This document shows, piece by piece, positions 27,643 to 36,747 of a stretch of DNA of 39,775 bases. Origin of the DNA: Thermoplasmata archaeon. Lineage in GTDB: Archaea; Thermoplasmatota; Thermoplasmata; Lutacidiplasmatales; UBA184. A program made the position numbers and the translations under genes. The notes beneath the pieces are model-generated. The model did no database searches. It saw nothing but the letters and a program-made list of their open reading frames with translations, and was not told the origin of the DNA. Each line of letters starts with the position of its first letter. Within the stretch, counting starts at the first letter, position 1. The DNA lies in assembly GCA_030040775.1 (NCBI GenBank), contig JASHTB010000067.1:1-39775 (forward strand). The letters run 5' to 3'.

Positions 27643-28526
27643 GCCGTGCTCCCGGGCGTTCCCGAGACGGGCGGGGCCGGCGCAAGGTCGTGGGTCCGCG
27701 CGTAGCGGCGCAGCCACAGGTGCTTCAAGACCCGGCGGAAGAGCATCGAGGTCGGCACCGTGTACAGGCTGAAGATGACGAACCACCACGGGATCAGGTT
27801 CCCGATCTTGGAGTTCAGGTCGATCAGGGTCCCCCCGAGGTTGACCGTCTGCTGGGCGGTGGTCGCCGCGGCGATGACGAGCCCGACCCACGTGTAGAAC
27901 AGGATCAGGAGGAAGTAGGTGATCGCCATTCCTTTGAACTGCGCGATCGAGATCTCGCCCGAGAGGCGGGTCAGACGTTCCTGGTGCGGCTTGAGCGCCG
28001 CGATCCGGTCCTTCTTGCCCGAGCGGATCGCCTCCATCTGGACCTTGCGGAACGCCGAGCTCCACTTCTGGACCCGCGCCTGCTTCACCCAGTCGGTCGT
28101 GAAGTTGTACGCGGCGGTCGTGATCGCCATCTCGATCGCCCCGACCAGGGCCATCGTCAGGAGCAGGTAGTTCGACCCGAACCCGAGGAGAAGGTAGAGG
28201 GGACCCCCCGTATAGCTGCAGTTCCCGTTCGGCGGAGGGATGGACGACGGATAGGTCCCGAGCGAGCAGGCGATCGCGTTCCGCGCCGCCGTGTCGATGA
28301 GCATCCAGAGACCGACCAGGCCGAGGAAGACATAGAGGAACGTCGAGACCTTGAACGTCGGCCGCGGGACCGGGGACGGCGCCGGCTTTCCGGCCGGGAG
28401 CGCCGTCGCTTCCTCGGGCGTCTCCTCTTCGACCGGCTCGCCGCCCTTCGCCTCGGCCTCCCAGGCCTGCGCCTCCTCCTCGCTCGCGCCCGAGGAGGGG
28501 AGCGGCGTCCCGCCGGGGTCGCTCAC
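27639..28526 (-). CDS. DUF106 / EMC3-TMCO1 (Oxa1 superfamily) membrane insertase-like protein
   Basis: TM, coiled-coil (TDWVKQARVQK...), QFKGMAIT TM and WFVIFSLY TM. Conserved position downstream of secY. GTG 28526 abuts the secY stop. Confidence 0.85.
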   Translation of the reverse strand: MSDPGGTPLPSSGASEEEAQAWEAEAKGGEPVEEETPEEATALPAGKPAPSPVPRPTFKVSTFLYVFLGLVGLWMLIDTAARNAIACSLGTYPSSIPPPNGNCSYTGGPLYLLLGFGSNYLLLTMALVGAIEMAITTAAYNFTTDWVKQARVQKWSSAFRKVQMEAIRSGKKDRIAALKPHQERLTRLSGEISIAQFKGMAITYFLLILFYTWVGLVIAAATTAQQTVNLGGTLIDLNSKIGNLIPWWFVIFSLYTVPTSMLFRRVLKHLWLRRYARTHDLAPAPPVSGTPGSTA

Positions 28527-30292
28527 TACGTCTCGCCTCCGAGGAACCGACGGAGGAGCGGGTTCATCTCCATCAGCTGCTCGCGACCCATCGCCTCGTA
28601 GAGGTTGATGATGATCCCGACCGTCAGGAGCACGCCGGTGCCGCTCGCGTTCCCGAGCGTCCCGATGAGGTCGGCCCCGGCGGCGAGGGCCCCGACCGCC
28701 GCGCCCGAGATGACCGTGATGACGGGGATGTACCGTTCGAGGACCCGGCGGAGGACCCGGGGCTCTCGACGGAACCCAGGAATCTGCATACCGGACGCCT
28801 CGATCTGCCGCGCCACCGCCTCGGGACCCATGTTGGTCGTCTGGATCCAGAACTTCGCGAACAGGATCGAACCCCCGACCATCGCTCCGAAGTAGACCGC
28901 GACGTGAACGAGACCCTGCCACCACGTGTGCCCGACCAGGAACGAGCCGTACTGACCGTAGTTCAGGATCGGAAGGAGCCACGACTCGAGCCCGTTCACC
29001 TGGGAAAGATAGTAGGCGCCCCCGGTCAACGGCGTCGTCTGACTGATGCCGCTCGCGGTCGCTTGCGCGGCCGACGGGTACGACCCGACCCACCACTGAT
29101 GGCCGAGGAGCGGGAAGTGGATGAGCGTCGGGTTCGTCCACAAAAGGATCGTGACCATCGAGACGTTGGCGAGAAGGGCCGACATCAGGATCACGGGGAT
29201 GTTCGAGGCGTAGATCAGGCGGAGCGGATAGCGCCCGCGCGCGCCCCGTGCCTCCGCGTGGGAGAGCGGGAGCTCGATCCGGGTCGACTCCGTCCACGCG
29301 ACCAGGAAGAAGATCACGGCGGTGCCGACCAGCGCGACGATCGGGTTCGGAGCGTGCAGAAGGACCTGCTCCCAGCCCCCGCCGGCCATCTGGGACGCGG
29401 TGTAGTGTGTCAGGAAGTAGATCGTCTTCGGGATCGTCCCGCTCGGCGGGTTCGAATACGAGACCGCGGAACCGGGGGTCTCGGGCACCCAGTTGAGCGT
29501 TCCCTGGATGATCTGCTGGGAGACGCCGGCGGCGATGAAGAGCGAGATCCCGCTGCCGATCCCCCATTTCGAGACGACCTCGTCCATGAGGAAGACGAGG
29601 TAGCTGCCGAAGACGAGCTGGGCGATGATGATCGTGTCCGCGAGGAAGGGGCCGTTCCCGGGCGAGACGAGGCCGAGCGAGGAGATGAGCGACGCCGACG
29701 GGGAGATGTAGCCGAAGACCTGGGGGATCGCCTCGATGAAGATCATCGCGATGACGACGACCTTCTGGGTCCCCTGGTACGTCGCCTTGTCCTCGTCGTC
29801 CGTCAGGTCAAGGTTGATGATCTTCGCGCCGGTGAACAGCTGCATGATGATCGACCCCGTGACGATGGGGCCGATCCCTAGGTCCATGAGCGTGCCCTGC
29901 GCGCCCGCGAGGATCGCGCGATAGCTCGCGAACAGGTCGATGACGGTCGACTGGTCGACGCCGAAGAGGTAGATGTTCGTGAGCAGGAAGTACATGAGGA
30001 GGATCCCGATCGTCCAGGCGAGCTTCGTCCGGAAATGGACGTGGCCCTTCGGCTGAGCGATCGCGGGCATCCGCGTCGTGAGCGGTTTCAACCCGTACAG
30101 CCTCGAGCGCGAGCCGTTGTAGGAGAGCCCGAGGTAGAGAAGACCGAGGATCGCCGCGACCGCGGCCGTGATGGCGCCGAAGGCGATCCAAGTCGGCGAG
30201 GTCCAGAACCAGACGACCGTGAGGACGATCACGCCCAGGACGATGAGCGGGACGACCCAGCGGCGGTCCCGCGGGATCTCCTCTTCGGCCAT
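28526..30292 (-). CDS. secY: Preprotein translocase SecY (long, 588 aa)
   Basis: LMDLGIGPIVT, DEVVSKWGIGSGISLFIAAG, YPLRLIYASNIPVIL, IPGFRR, GTGVLLTV. Confidence 0.98.
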   Translation of the reverse strand: MAEEEIPRDRRWVVPLIVLGVIVLTVVWFWTSPTWIAFGAITAAVAAILGLLYLGLSYNGSRSRLYGLKPLTTRMPAIAQPKGHVHFRTKLAWTIGILLMYFLLTNIYLFGVDQSTVIDLFASYRAILAGAQGTLMDLGIGPIVTGSIIMQLFTGAKIINLDLTDDEDKATYQGTQKVVVIAMIFIEAIPQVFGYISPSASLISSLGLVSPGNGPFLADTIIIAQLVFGSYLVFLMDEVVSKWGIGSGISLFIAAGVSQQIIQGTLNWVPETPGSAVSYSNPPSGTIPKTIYFLTHYTASQMAGGGWEQVLLHAPNPIVALVGTAVIFFLVAWTESTRIELPLSHAEARGARGRYPLRLIYASNIPVILMSALLANVSMVTILLWTNPTLIHFPLLGHQWWVGSYPSAAQATASGISQTTPLTGGAYYLSQVNGLESWLLPILNYGQYGSFLVGHTWWQGLVHVAVYFGAMVGGSILFAKFWIQTTNMGPEAVARQIEASGMQIPGFRREPRVLRRVLERYIPVITVISGAAVGALAAGADLIGTLGNASGTGVLLTVGIIINLYEAMGREQLMEMNPLLRRFLGGET

Positions 30293-30317
30293 GAACCGGT
30301 CGAGGAGCCGACGGCCG

Positions 30318-30326
30318 ATTTATATA
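30318..30326 (-). promoter_or_regulatory. Internal TATA box (TATATAAAT) for secY, overlapping the rpl15 stop codon
   Basis: Strong AT run about 25 nt upstream of the secY ATG. Confidence 0.6.
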
Positions 30327-30784
30327 GTCTGCGGGCGGCCGGCCGACGGAGGAGCCGGCGCGGCGGTCTCCCGGGTCTCGGCGAGGACCGTGACCTTCTC
30401 CCGGGCGTGCTTGGAGGCGTGCGCGACGCGCACCTTCCAGGCCCGGCTCGCCTCGCCTCCCCCGAGCAATCGGTCGACCCCGAGCTTCGTGAGGTCCGCG
30501 ACGTAGGCGTCGCCCTCGTGCGCGAGCGCTCCGGCGGCTTCGAGGAGCGGGACGAGCGACTCGAGTCCTCCGACGTTCACGGTGGTCGGGCGTTCCACGA
30601 CCTCGGACGGGCGCTTGAAACCGTGGCGACCGAAGTGGTCCGGCGCGTAGAGGAGCATCGACTTGAACTTGTACTTGTGGAGCCCGGCGTTCCCTCGGCC
30701 CCCTTGCTTTCCCGCGCCGCGTCCGGCCTTGATGCCTCGACCGTGGGTGCGCAGGCCCCGGAACTTCCGTGTGCGACTGGGCAT
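30320..30784 (-). CDS. rpl15: 50S ribosomal protein uL15
   Basis: RTRKFRGLRTHGRG..GRGAGKQGGRGNAG, FGRHGF; true start ATG 30784. Confidence 0.95.
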   Translation of the reverse strand: MPSRTRKFRGLRTHGRGIKAGRGAGKQGGRGNAGLHKYKFKSMLLYAPDHFGRHGFKRPSEVVERPTTVNVGGLESLVPLLEAAGALAHEGDAYVADLTKLGVDRLLGGGEASRAWKVRVAHASKHAREKVTVLAETRETAAPAPPSAGRPQTI

Positions 30785-30792
30785 CGACCCTC

Positions 30793-31251
30793 CTACACCA
30801 TCCGACGGACGAGGTCGTTGATCGACCGGCCGCGGTATCCGAGGGCACCGCCCAGGGCGAACGGGCGCTTGGTCGACCGCCACCCTCCCTTCGGGGCCTT
30901 GAGGCGGAAAAGCGGCTTCAGCCCGGCCACCCGCGTCAGTCCCTGCTCGCTCACCGTTCGCGCCACGTCGGGAAGGTCCTTCGCCCGAAGGGTCTCTCCA
31001 ATCGTCTCGGGAGTGAGGCGGCTCCCGCTCACCGTCTCGCCCCGCTCGCGGAGCATCAGTCCGACCGTCTCGGGGTCGGCCTCGCCCCACGTCACGTAGC
31101 CTTGCACCCGGTGGAGCATCCCCGCGAACGACTTCGCTTCGGGCACGACCGTCGCATGGTTCGCTCTCGTCAGGTGAAGGTAGCGGAGGGTCTCGACCAC
31201 GTCGTGCCGAGCATGGATCGTTCCCCGCACGCGAACCACCAGCCACGCCAT
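30793..31251 (-). CDS. rpl30: 50S ribosomal protein uL30
   Basis: VVRVRG, YVTWGE, FRLKAPKGG, LGYRG. Confidence 0.96.
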   Translation of the reverse strand: MAWLVVRVRGTIHARHDVVETLRYLHLTRANHATVVPEAKSFAGMLHRVQGYVTWGEADPETVGLMLRERGETVSGSRLTPETIGETLRAKDLPDVARTVSEQGLTRVAGLKPLFRLKAPKGGWRSTKRPFALGGALGYRGRSINDLVRRMV

Positions 31252-31257
31252 CCCTCG

Positions 31258-32130
31258 TTACCTCCGCGCCCCGCCCGAGCTCGAGCGGGGTCCTCCGCTC
31301 GACCGGGGACCGCCCGGGCCGCCGCGACCCGGGCCGCGCCCGGGGGGACCCCTTCCCCGACCGCGACCCCGTCCGCCCCGGACCGGACGGGCGCCGCCCT
31401 CCTCCTTCGGAGGGAGGATCGACACTCCGACCGGCCCCCGCACGATCTTGAGGCGTCGGGCGTCCTCTGCCGGCACCTTGACCCCGGCGAGCTCGACTAG
31501 GGCGCGGTAGGCGGCCTGTGCGTAGTTGACCGTCGTCTTCGTGTGGCCTTCGGTGAATCCCCACGCGTCCGTGATCCCGGCGAATCGGAGGATCGGTTTG
31601 GCCACGTCGCCGACCGCGAGCCCTACGCCCTGAGGGGCCGGCTTGAACGCGACCACCACGGAGCCGGAGCGCCCGCGCGCGAGGAACGGGAGCGTGTGGG
31701 GCCGACCGCACCCGCACTCCCAGCTCCCGCAGCCGCGGAGCACCTCGACGACTTCGAGCTTCGCCCGGTCGATCGCGCGCCGGATCGTCGGGCCGACCTC
31801 GCGGCCCTTCGCCCGCCCCAGGCCGACGAACCCGTCTCCGTTCCCCACCACTACGGTGACCGCGAACTTGAACCGGCGTCCCGAGTCGGTCATCCGCTGG
31901 ACCATGTTCACGTCCAGGACCTCGTCGTGCAGGTTCGGCAGGAGCTTGTCGACGATTCCGGGCTCCCGCAGCGGAAGTCCGCTCGCGAGCGCCTCGCTCA
32001 TGGTCGTGATCTCGGAGGCGGCGACCCGTCGACCGAGCTCGGTCTTCGGGACCCACGGCGCCGGCGCCGGAGCCCCCGGAGCCGCCGCGACCCGGCCCGG
32101 CGGGGCCGGCCCCTGGACCGCCGCGCTCAT
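31258..32130 (-). CDS. rps5: 30S ribosomal protein uS5 with Gly/Arg-rich C-terminal tail
   Basis: WVPKTELG, VQRMTDSGRR, RGCGSWECGC, PAPQGVGL. Confidence 0.97.
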   Translation of the reverse strand: MSAAVQGPAPPGRVAAAPGAPAPAPWVPKTELGRRVAASEITTMSEALASGLPLREPGIVDKLLPNLHDEVLDVNMVQRMTDSGRRFKFAVTVVVGNGDGFVGLGRAKGREVGPTIRRAIDRAKLEVVEVLRGCGSWECGCGRPHTLPFLARGRSGSVVVAFKPAPQGVGLAVGDVAKPILRFAGITDAWGFTEGHTKTTVNYAQAAYRALVELAGVKVPAEDARRLKIVRGPVGVSILPPKEEGGARPVRGGRGRGRGRGPPGRGPGRGGPGGPRSSGGPRSSSGGARR

Positions 32131-32654
32131 CGCGCGGCCTCCGGCCTCGCGACGAGCCCCGGAAGCTTCGTCTTGTAGACCTCGAGAGGCTGGGGGAGTG
32201 GCTTCGGAAGGTGCGTTCCGTTGAGCCGGTCGGTCGTCGGGAACCCTCTTTCGCCGTGGGGGACCTCGATGCCCGCGTCGAGCAACCCTTTCAACGCCGC
32301 CGCGAGGCGCCCGCCGACCGTCGGACGGCGCAGCCCTGCGTCCAGCACCGCTCCCGAGGTGCCCGCCGACTTCGCCCGAAGACCGGCGAGGTAGGCGGTG
32401 AGGTAGGCCGCAGGGGTCGAGGCGAGGCTCGTCCGGGGGAACGCGACCCCGCCGAGCTCGCCGGAGTCGGCCGAGGCGACGACCCGGTCGCCGACCGGGT
32501 CGAACGAGACGATGGCGACGCGGACGCGTCGCTCCGAGAGCCGTACGACCGCCCGGGGCACCCCGGACTTCAGCAGAGCGAGCCGGACCCGGTAGTCCGT
32601 CTTCCCCTCGCGCCGACGGCGGAAGTGGACCCGATAACGCGGACCGGTGCTCAT
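32127..32654 (-). CDS. rpl18: 50S ribosomal protein uL18
   Basis: GPRYRVHFRRRREGKTDY, PAAYLT, LKGLLDAGIEVPH; true start ATG 32654. Confidence 0.96.
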   Translation of the reverse strand: MSTGPRYRVHFRRRREGKTDYRVRLALLKSGVPRAVVRLSERRVRVAIVSFDPVGDRVVASADSGELGGVAFPRTSLASTPAAYLTAYLAGLRAKSAGTSGAVLDAGLRRPTVGGRLAAALKGLLDAGIEVPHGERGFPTTDRLNGTHLPKPLPQPLEVYKTKLPGLVARPEAAR

Positions 32655-33112
32655 CGCTTCTCCTCGGGAAGGTGGCCTCCGAGCCTTAAGTTCGCGAGCA
32701 GGTGAGCCCGGCTGCGGAACATCCCCCCCTTTGCCCGTCGGTAGAACTCCCGGTACACCGCCGGGGTGATCTTCTTCGCCTCGCGCAGCTCCCTCAAGAG
32801 CGCGCGCTGGGGGCGGATCCGCCGCATCCAGCGTTCCTTGTGCGGCACGCGAGCGCTCGGCGTCCCGCGGCGGGAGCCCGGTCCCGAGTGGCGCCCCCGC
32901 GCCACCTCGGAGGCATGGCGGCGAGCCCGCGCACGAGAGGTCCCGCGGACGGGAAGGCGCCGGATGACACCGGCCTTGATCGCGCTGCGAACGTCGGAAC
33001 GGGTGACGGCGTCCGCAAGCTCCTCCTGGCTGGCGGGGTCGATCCAGACCCGTCCTTCTCCGCACTTCAGGATCGCTGCGGCGAGCCGGCGCTGGTTCGA
33101 GAGGTCGGGCAT
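32651..33112 (-). CDS. rpl19e: 50S ribosomal protein eL19
   Basis: QRRLAAAILKCGEGRVWID, GPGSRRG, WMRRIR, KGGMF. Confidence 0.97.
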   Translation of the reverse strand: MPDLSNQRRLAAAILKCGEGRVWIDPASQEELADAVTRSDVRSAIKAGVIRRLPVRGTSRARARRHASEVARGRHSGPGSRRGTPSARVPHKERWMRRIRPQRALLRELREAKKITPAVYREFYRRAKGGMFRSRAHLLANLRLGGHLPEEKR

Positions 33113-33116
33113 CGTT

Positions 33117-33734
33117 CTACGTCTCCGCCTCCGACTTCACGATCGGGTTCAGGACCCGGATGCCGCGCTCGCGGGCGGCCTCCTCGAGGGCGAGACGCCG
33201 GCGGGTGCCGACCGTCCGGGCGATGACCGCCGCTTCCCGCGTCGGTTGGACCCGCTCCAGGTCCGAGGTGGTCCGGACGAGGACCGGCTTGAAGCCGCTC
33301 GGCACGAGTCCGCGGACCGCGGCGGGAGACCGGTAGCCGACCCGGACGACCCGGGCTCGGTAGCCGTAGTGCCGACGCTGCTTGGACTGGAGGCCCCGCG
33401 GACGGCGCCAGGAGCCGTCCCGGCCGACCCGCTCGTAGCGGTTCTCGGCCTGGCGGCCGAACACGGGCCGGCGCCCGTCGAGGGCGCGGCGGGCCACGAG
33501 GAGCCGGCGGTCCCGTTCGGAAAGGGTCGCTTGCTTCGGGACCCGAGGGCCCGCCTCGGCCGGCTTCTCCATCGGCTTTTCCGCGGACTTCTTGGAGGAG
33601 GGCGGCGCCGCGGACTCGGGGGCGGATGCCTTTGCCGTTGACTCGGAGGCGCGGCGCCGAGGGGGTCGCTTCGTCTCGGACGGCGGGGCGGCCTCGGGCT
33701 CGGGAGCTGCTGACGCGCTGGGTTCGTCCGGCAC
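33117..33734 (-). CDS. rpl32e: 50S ribosomal protein eL32 with long N-terminal extension
   Basis: RPVFGRQ, WRRPRGLQSKQRR, GYRSP..VRGLVPSG, GIRVLN. Confidence 0.95.
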   Translation of the reverse strand: MPDEPSASAAPEPEAAPPSETKRPPRRRASESTAKASAPESAAPPSSKKSAEKPMEKPAEAGPRVPKQATLSERDRRLLVARRALDGRRPVFGRQAENRYERVGRDGSWRRPRGLQSKQRRHYGYRARVVRVGYRSPAAVRGLVPSGFKPVLVRTTSDLERVQPTREAAVIARTVGTRRRLALEEAARERGIRVLNPIVKSEAET

Positions 33735-34297
33735 TAGCTCGCCTCCTTGAGGTGCGCTCGCTCGATGAGGTAGATGCCGTCCTGGAAGACGCGGGGGTCG
33801 TAGTCGCGGATCCGCGTCGCGCGCTCGATGTTCGCGGCGCTCTGGCCGACCTGCTCGACGTCGTGGCCGGAGAGCGTGACGATGTCCCCCTCGACCACCG
33901 CCTTCGTGCCGGGGACGAGGCGGCTCGAGCGGGGGTACTTCTCTCCCAGGAAGTTCTCGATGACGAGTTCTTCGCCTCGGACCTGAACCTTCATGGGGAA
34001 GTGCGCCGCCACGACCTTCATCCGCGCCTCGACCCCTCGCGTGAGACCCCCCGAGAGGTTGCGGAGGTGGGCGGCCCAGGTCTTGAGGAGCGCCCGGGAG
34101 CGCTTGCGGTGAGAACTGACCTTGAGCTCGAGAGTCACCGACCCCTCGGTGACGGTGAGCGCGAGGGCGTCGGACGGGAACGGACGGACGACCGTGCCGA
34201 GAGGTCCGGAGGCGGAGAGGACCCGCCCGGCGAGGGAGAGACGGACCCCCTTCGGGAGCTCCACCACCTCCCGGCCCCTCTCCTCGTCAGTAGACAT
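33734..34297 (-). CDS. rpl6: 50S ribosomal protein uL6
   Basis: AHFPM, IENFLGEK, QSAANIE, DPRVFQDGIY. Confidence 0.97.
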   Translation of the reverse strand: MSTDEERGREVVELPKGVRLSLAGRVLSASGPLGTVVRPFPSDALALTVTEGSVTLELKVSSHRKRSRALLKTWAAHLRNLSGGLTRGVEARMKVVAAHFPMKVQVRGEELVIENFLGEKYPRSSRLVPGTKAVVEGDIVTLSGHDVEQVGQSAANIERATRIRDYDPRVFQDGIYLIERAHLKEAS

Positions 34298-34676
34298 AGG
34301 CGAGCAGCCGACCTCCGATCTTGAGCTCGCGCGCCTTTTGGTGGGAGACGACGCCGAGATTGGTGGAAAGGACGAGGATGCCGAAATCCTGCGCGGGAAG
34401 GAACCGTGACTCGAACCGCTCGAGGTTCTCGTAGGAAACGGCCAGGCGGGGCTTGATGACGCCGCAGGAGTTGATCCGGCGGGAGAGCTTCACGTCGTAC
34501 TTCCCGCCCTTCCCCGTCGGGACGAACGTGAACTCGTCGATGTAGTGGTGCTCCCGGAAGATCCGAAGCACCTCGGCGATCAGCTTCGAGGTCGGGGCGA
34601 TCTCCACCGACGGCTTTCCGTCCAGGTCCGCGTGCCGGAGCGAGACGAGCGCGTCGTTGAGCAGGTCCTGTTGCAT
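34287..34676 (-). CDS. rps8: 30S ribosomal protein uS8
   Basis: DLLNDAL, PTSKL, INSCGVIKPR, FLPAQDFG, GGRLLAYVY. Confidence 0.97.
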   Translation of the reverse strand: MQQDLLNDALVSLRHADLDGKPSVEIAPTSKLIAEVLRIFREHHYIDEFTFVPTGKGGKYDVKLSRRINSCGVIKPRLAVSYENLERFESRFLPAQDFGILVLSTNLGVVSHQKARELKIGGRLLAYVY

Positions 34677-34688
34677 CGTTCGTTCTCC

Positions 34689-34835
34689 TCACTGGTACTT
34701 GCGGAAGCCGAGGTCCATCGCGACCTCCCGGAAGCACTGACGGCAGAGGTGGAGGCCGTAGCGGCGGACGATTCCGCGCTTGCGGTCGCACCGCAGGCAA
34801 CCGTCCTTCCGCCCAAAATGCTTCTTCGGCTTCAT
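34689..34835 (-). CDS. rps14: 30S ribosomal protein uS14 (Zn type, 48 aa; missed by the ORF track)
   Basis: Translated by hand: [48 protein letters not shown]; expected operon position. Confidence 0.97.
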   Translation of the reverse strand: MKPKKHFGRKDGCLRCDRKRGIVRRYGLHLCRQCFREVAMDLGFRKYQ

Positions 34836-34839
34836 CGTC

Positions 34840-35400
34840 TCACTCGAGGACCGTCACCCCGAACGACCGGACGAGCAGCTCGCGCGTCTCTTCTCGCGTC
34901 GAGCGCAGCGATCTCGGAATCGGTCGGTACTGGACCCGACGCTGCCGCACTCGGAAGCCGGTGCGGCCGACCTCGACCGCCACGTCCATTCCGTGAATCC
35001 CGATGGCGGGGTCGTACTTCATCCCCGAGAAGTCGGTGTAGTCGGCAATCCCGAACGAGAAGTTCCCGTTCCGGTCGATCGAGTCGACATCGAGCTGCTT
35101 GTTCCTCGCCTCCAACGCCCGCGACAGGAAGTCGACCGCGACCTCGCCGCGGAGCGTCACCTTTGCGCCGATCTCCTGGCCCTTGCGGATCCCGAAGTCG
35201 CGGTTCGTCGAATGAGAGCGGGTGGAGACGGGCTTCTGGTGGGTCACCATCTCGAGGACCTTCGCGGCCTTCGTCCTCGGGTCGCCCGATTCCCCGACGC
35301 CGATGTTGACGACGACCTTGATCACGCGGACGGTCCGTAGCGGGTTCCCCGGCCGAGGGGCCGGAGCGGCAGAGGGGGCCGCGGACGGAGGGGCGCTCAT
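34840..35400 (-). CDS. rpl5: 50S ribosomal protein uL5
   Basis: [41 protein letters not shown]. Confidence 0.97.
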   Translation of the reverse strand: MSAPPSAAPSAAPAPRPGNPLRTVRVIKVVVNIGVGESGDPRTKAAKVLEMVTHQKPVSTRSHSTNRDFGIRKGQEIGAKVTLRGEVAVDFLSRALEARNKQLDVDSIDRNGNFSFGIADYTDFSGMKYDPAIGIHGMDVAVEVGRTGFRVRQRRVQYRPIPRSLRSTREETRELLVRSFGVTVLE

Positions 35401-36113
35401 CGGTCGACCCCCTCCGCGACGGTGACGGTCGGCGCGTTCTGGCCGACGACGAAGACGTACTCCTTGATCGTGGAGAACCCCTCCTTGAAGTGGACAAGGT
35501 TCGGGGCCGAGGAGTTTCGGACCTCAACCCGGTCGACGCGGGCGAGTTCCCCGACATGCGAGCCGCCCGAGACGTAGGCAAGGGCGCCGGGGGCGAGGGG
35601 GAGATGCTCGACGACCTTCTGGTCCGGTACGGCGATCTTCACCGAGTCCCCGACTCGGAAGGGGCTGTTCGCCGGGACCAGGAGGTTCCGGCCGTCATGC
35701 AGCGTCACTTCGACCCGGCCGCCCTTGGCCGCGTGCTTGAACCGGACGCGGCCAAGCTTCACCGAGGCCTCGGTCGACGGGATCGGGATGAGCGCGAGCT
35801 TTCCTCGCCGGTTCTTCATGACGCGATAGTGCGCGTCCAGCGGGGCCGCGAACGAAAGAGTGTCCATGAGCCCGAGACCGCGGTCAAGCCTCTTCGCTAC
35901 CGAACCGTCAACGCGCACGGAACCCGAGCGAACGAGGATCCGCGCCTCCCGGGCCGACTGGACGACCCGCCGAAGGTCGCGGAGGACGAGGAGGAGAGGG
36001 ATCGACTGGTCCTGGGCGTGCGGGCCGGGACCCGGTCGCTTCAACCACTTCGTTCCCTTCCGAGGGATCGTCCAGCTGCGGGGCGCCGCCCGGCGCTTCA
36101 GCCGGAACGTCAT
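35397..36113 (-). CDS. rps4e: 30S ribosomal protein eS4
   Basis: LKRRAAPRSWTI, PGPH, GLMD, LHDGRN, GGSHVG. Confidence 0.97.
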   Translation of the reverse strand: MTFRLKRRAAPRSWTIPRKGTKWLKRPGPGPHAQDQSIPLLLVLRDLRRVVQSAREARILVRSGSVRVDGSVAKRLDRGLGLMDTLSFAAPLDAHYRVMKNRRGKLALIPIPSTEASVKLGRVRFKHAAKGGRVEVTLHDGRNLLVPANSPFRVGDSVKIAVPDQKVVEHLPLAPGALAYVSGGSHVGELARVDRVEVRNSSAPNLVHFKEGFSTIKEYVFVVGQNAPTVTVAEGVDR

Positions 36114-36736
36114 GGCTCCTCCGCGTCCTCGGTCGGCTGGTCGGTCGGGGGGCGGGCGCGGCGACGCCGTCGAGCTGGCTTCTCGTCAGGCTCGGGCGAC
36201 GGGGGGGGCGCGCTCGTCTCGGGCTCCGCGGCCTCGGGCTCTGGCTCGGGGCTCGGCGGCTCCCCCTCGGCAGGAGCCGGCGCGCCGGCCGGCAGGGCCG
36301 GGGTCGGTTCGCTCGGCGCGACGGGTGCTTCTTCCGCCTCGGGCGCCTCGCCCCGTTCCTCTGGGGTGACCTGCTCCTCGGAGACCTTCAGCGCCCGGCG
36401 GCGCCATGGGTCGGAGAGGTTGAGCCGCGTGAGGACGAGGTGGCTCGGCCTCAGCTCGAGCGGTTTCAGCTTCTCGTCGGCGGTCTTCAGCGTCACGTTG
36501 TCGAGCGTCACGGCGTAGTCCCGGCGATTCACCCGGGCCACCCGTTCCTCCCGACCGACGAAGCTGCCCGAAAGCACGCGCACCGTGTCGCCCTTGCGGA
36601 TCGGCAGCGCGCGCCGGTGGAACCGCGCCCGGAGCTCCCGAGAAAGGGGCACCGTCATGCGGCGTCGTCGCTCGAAGGTGTCCGCCGAGTAGAGCGCCTT
36701 GCGCTGGCGCCGCGGGGACCGGGGAGAGCGACGCAT
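36110..36736 (-). CDS. rpl24: 50S ribosomal protein uL24 with long Pro/Glu-rich C-terminal tail
   Basis: PRRQRKALY, PLSRELR, PIRKGDTVRV, PSHLVLTRL; true start ATG 36736. Confidence 0.95.
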   Translation of the reverse strand: MRRSPRSPRRQRKALYSADTFERRRRMTVPLSRELRARFHRRALPIRKGDTVRVLSGSFVGREERVARVNRRDYAVTLDNVTLKTADEKLKPLELRPSHLVLTRLNLSDPWRRRALKVSEEQVTPEERGEAPEAEEAPVAPSEPTPALPAGAPAPAEGEPPSPEPEPEAAEPETSAPPPSPEPDEKPARRRRRARPPTDQPTEDAEEP

Positions 36737-36747
36737 CGAGTTCCCTC

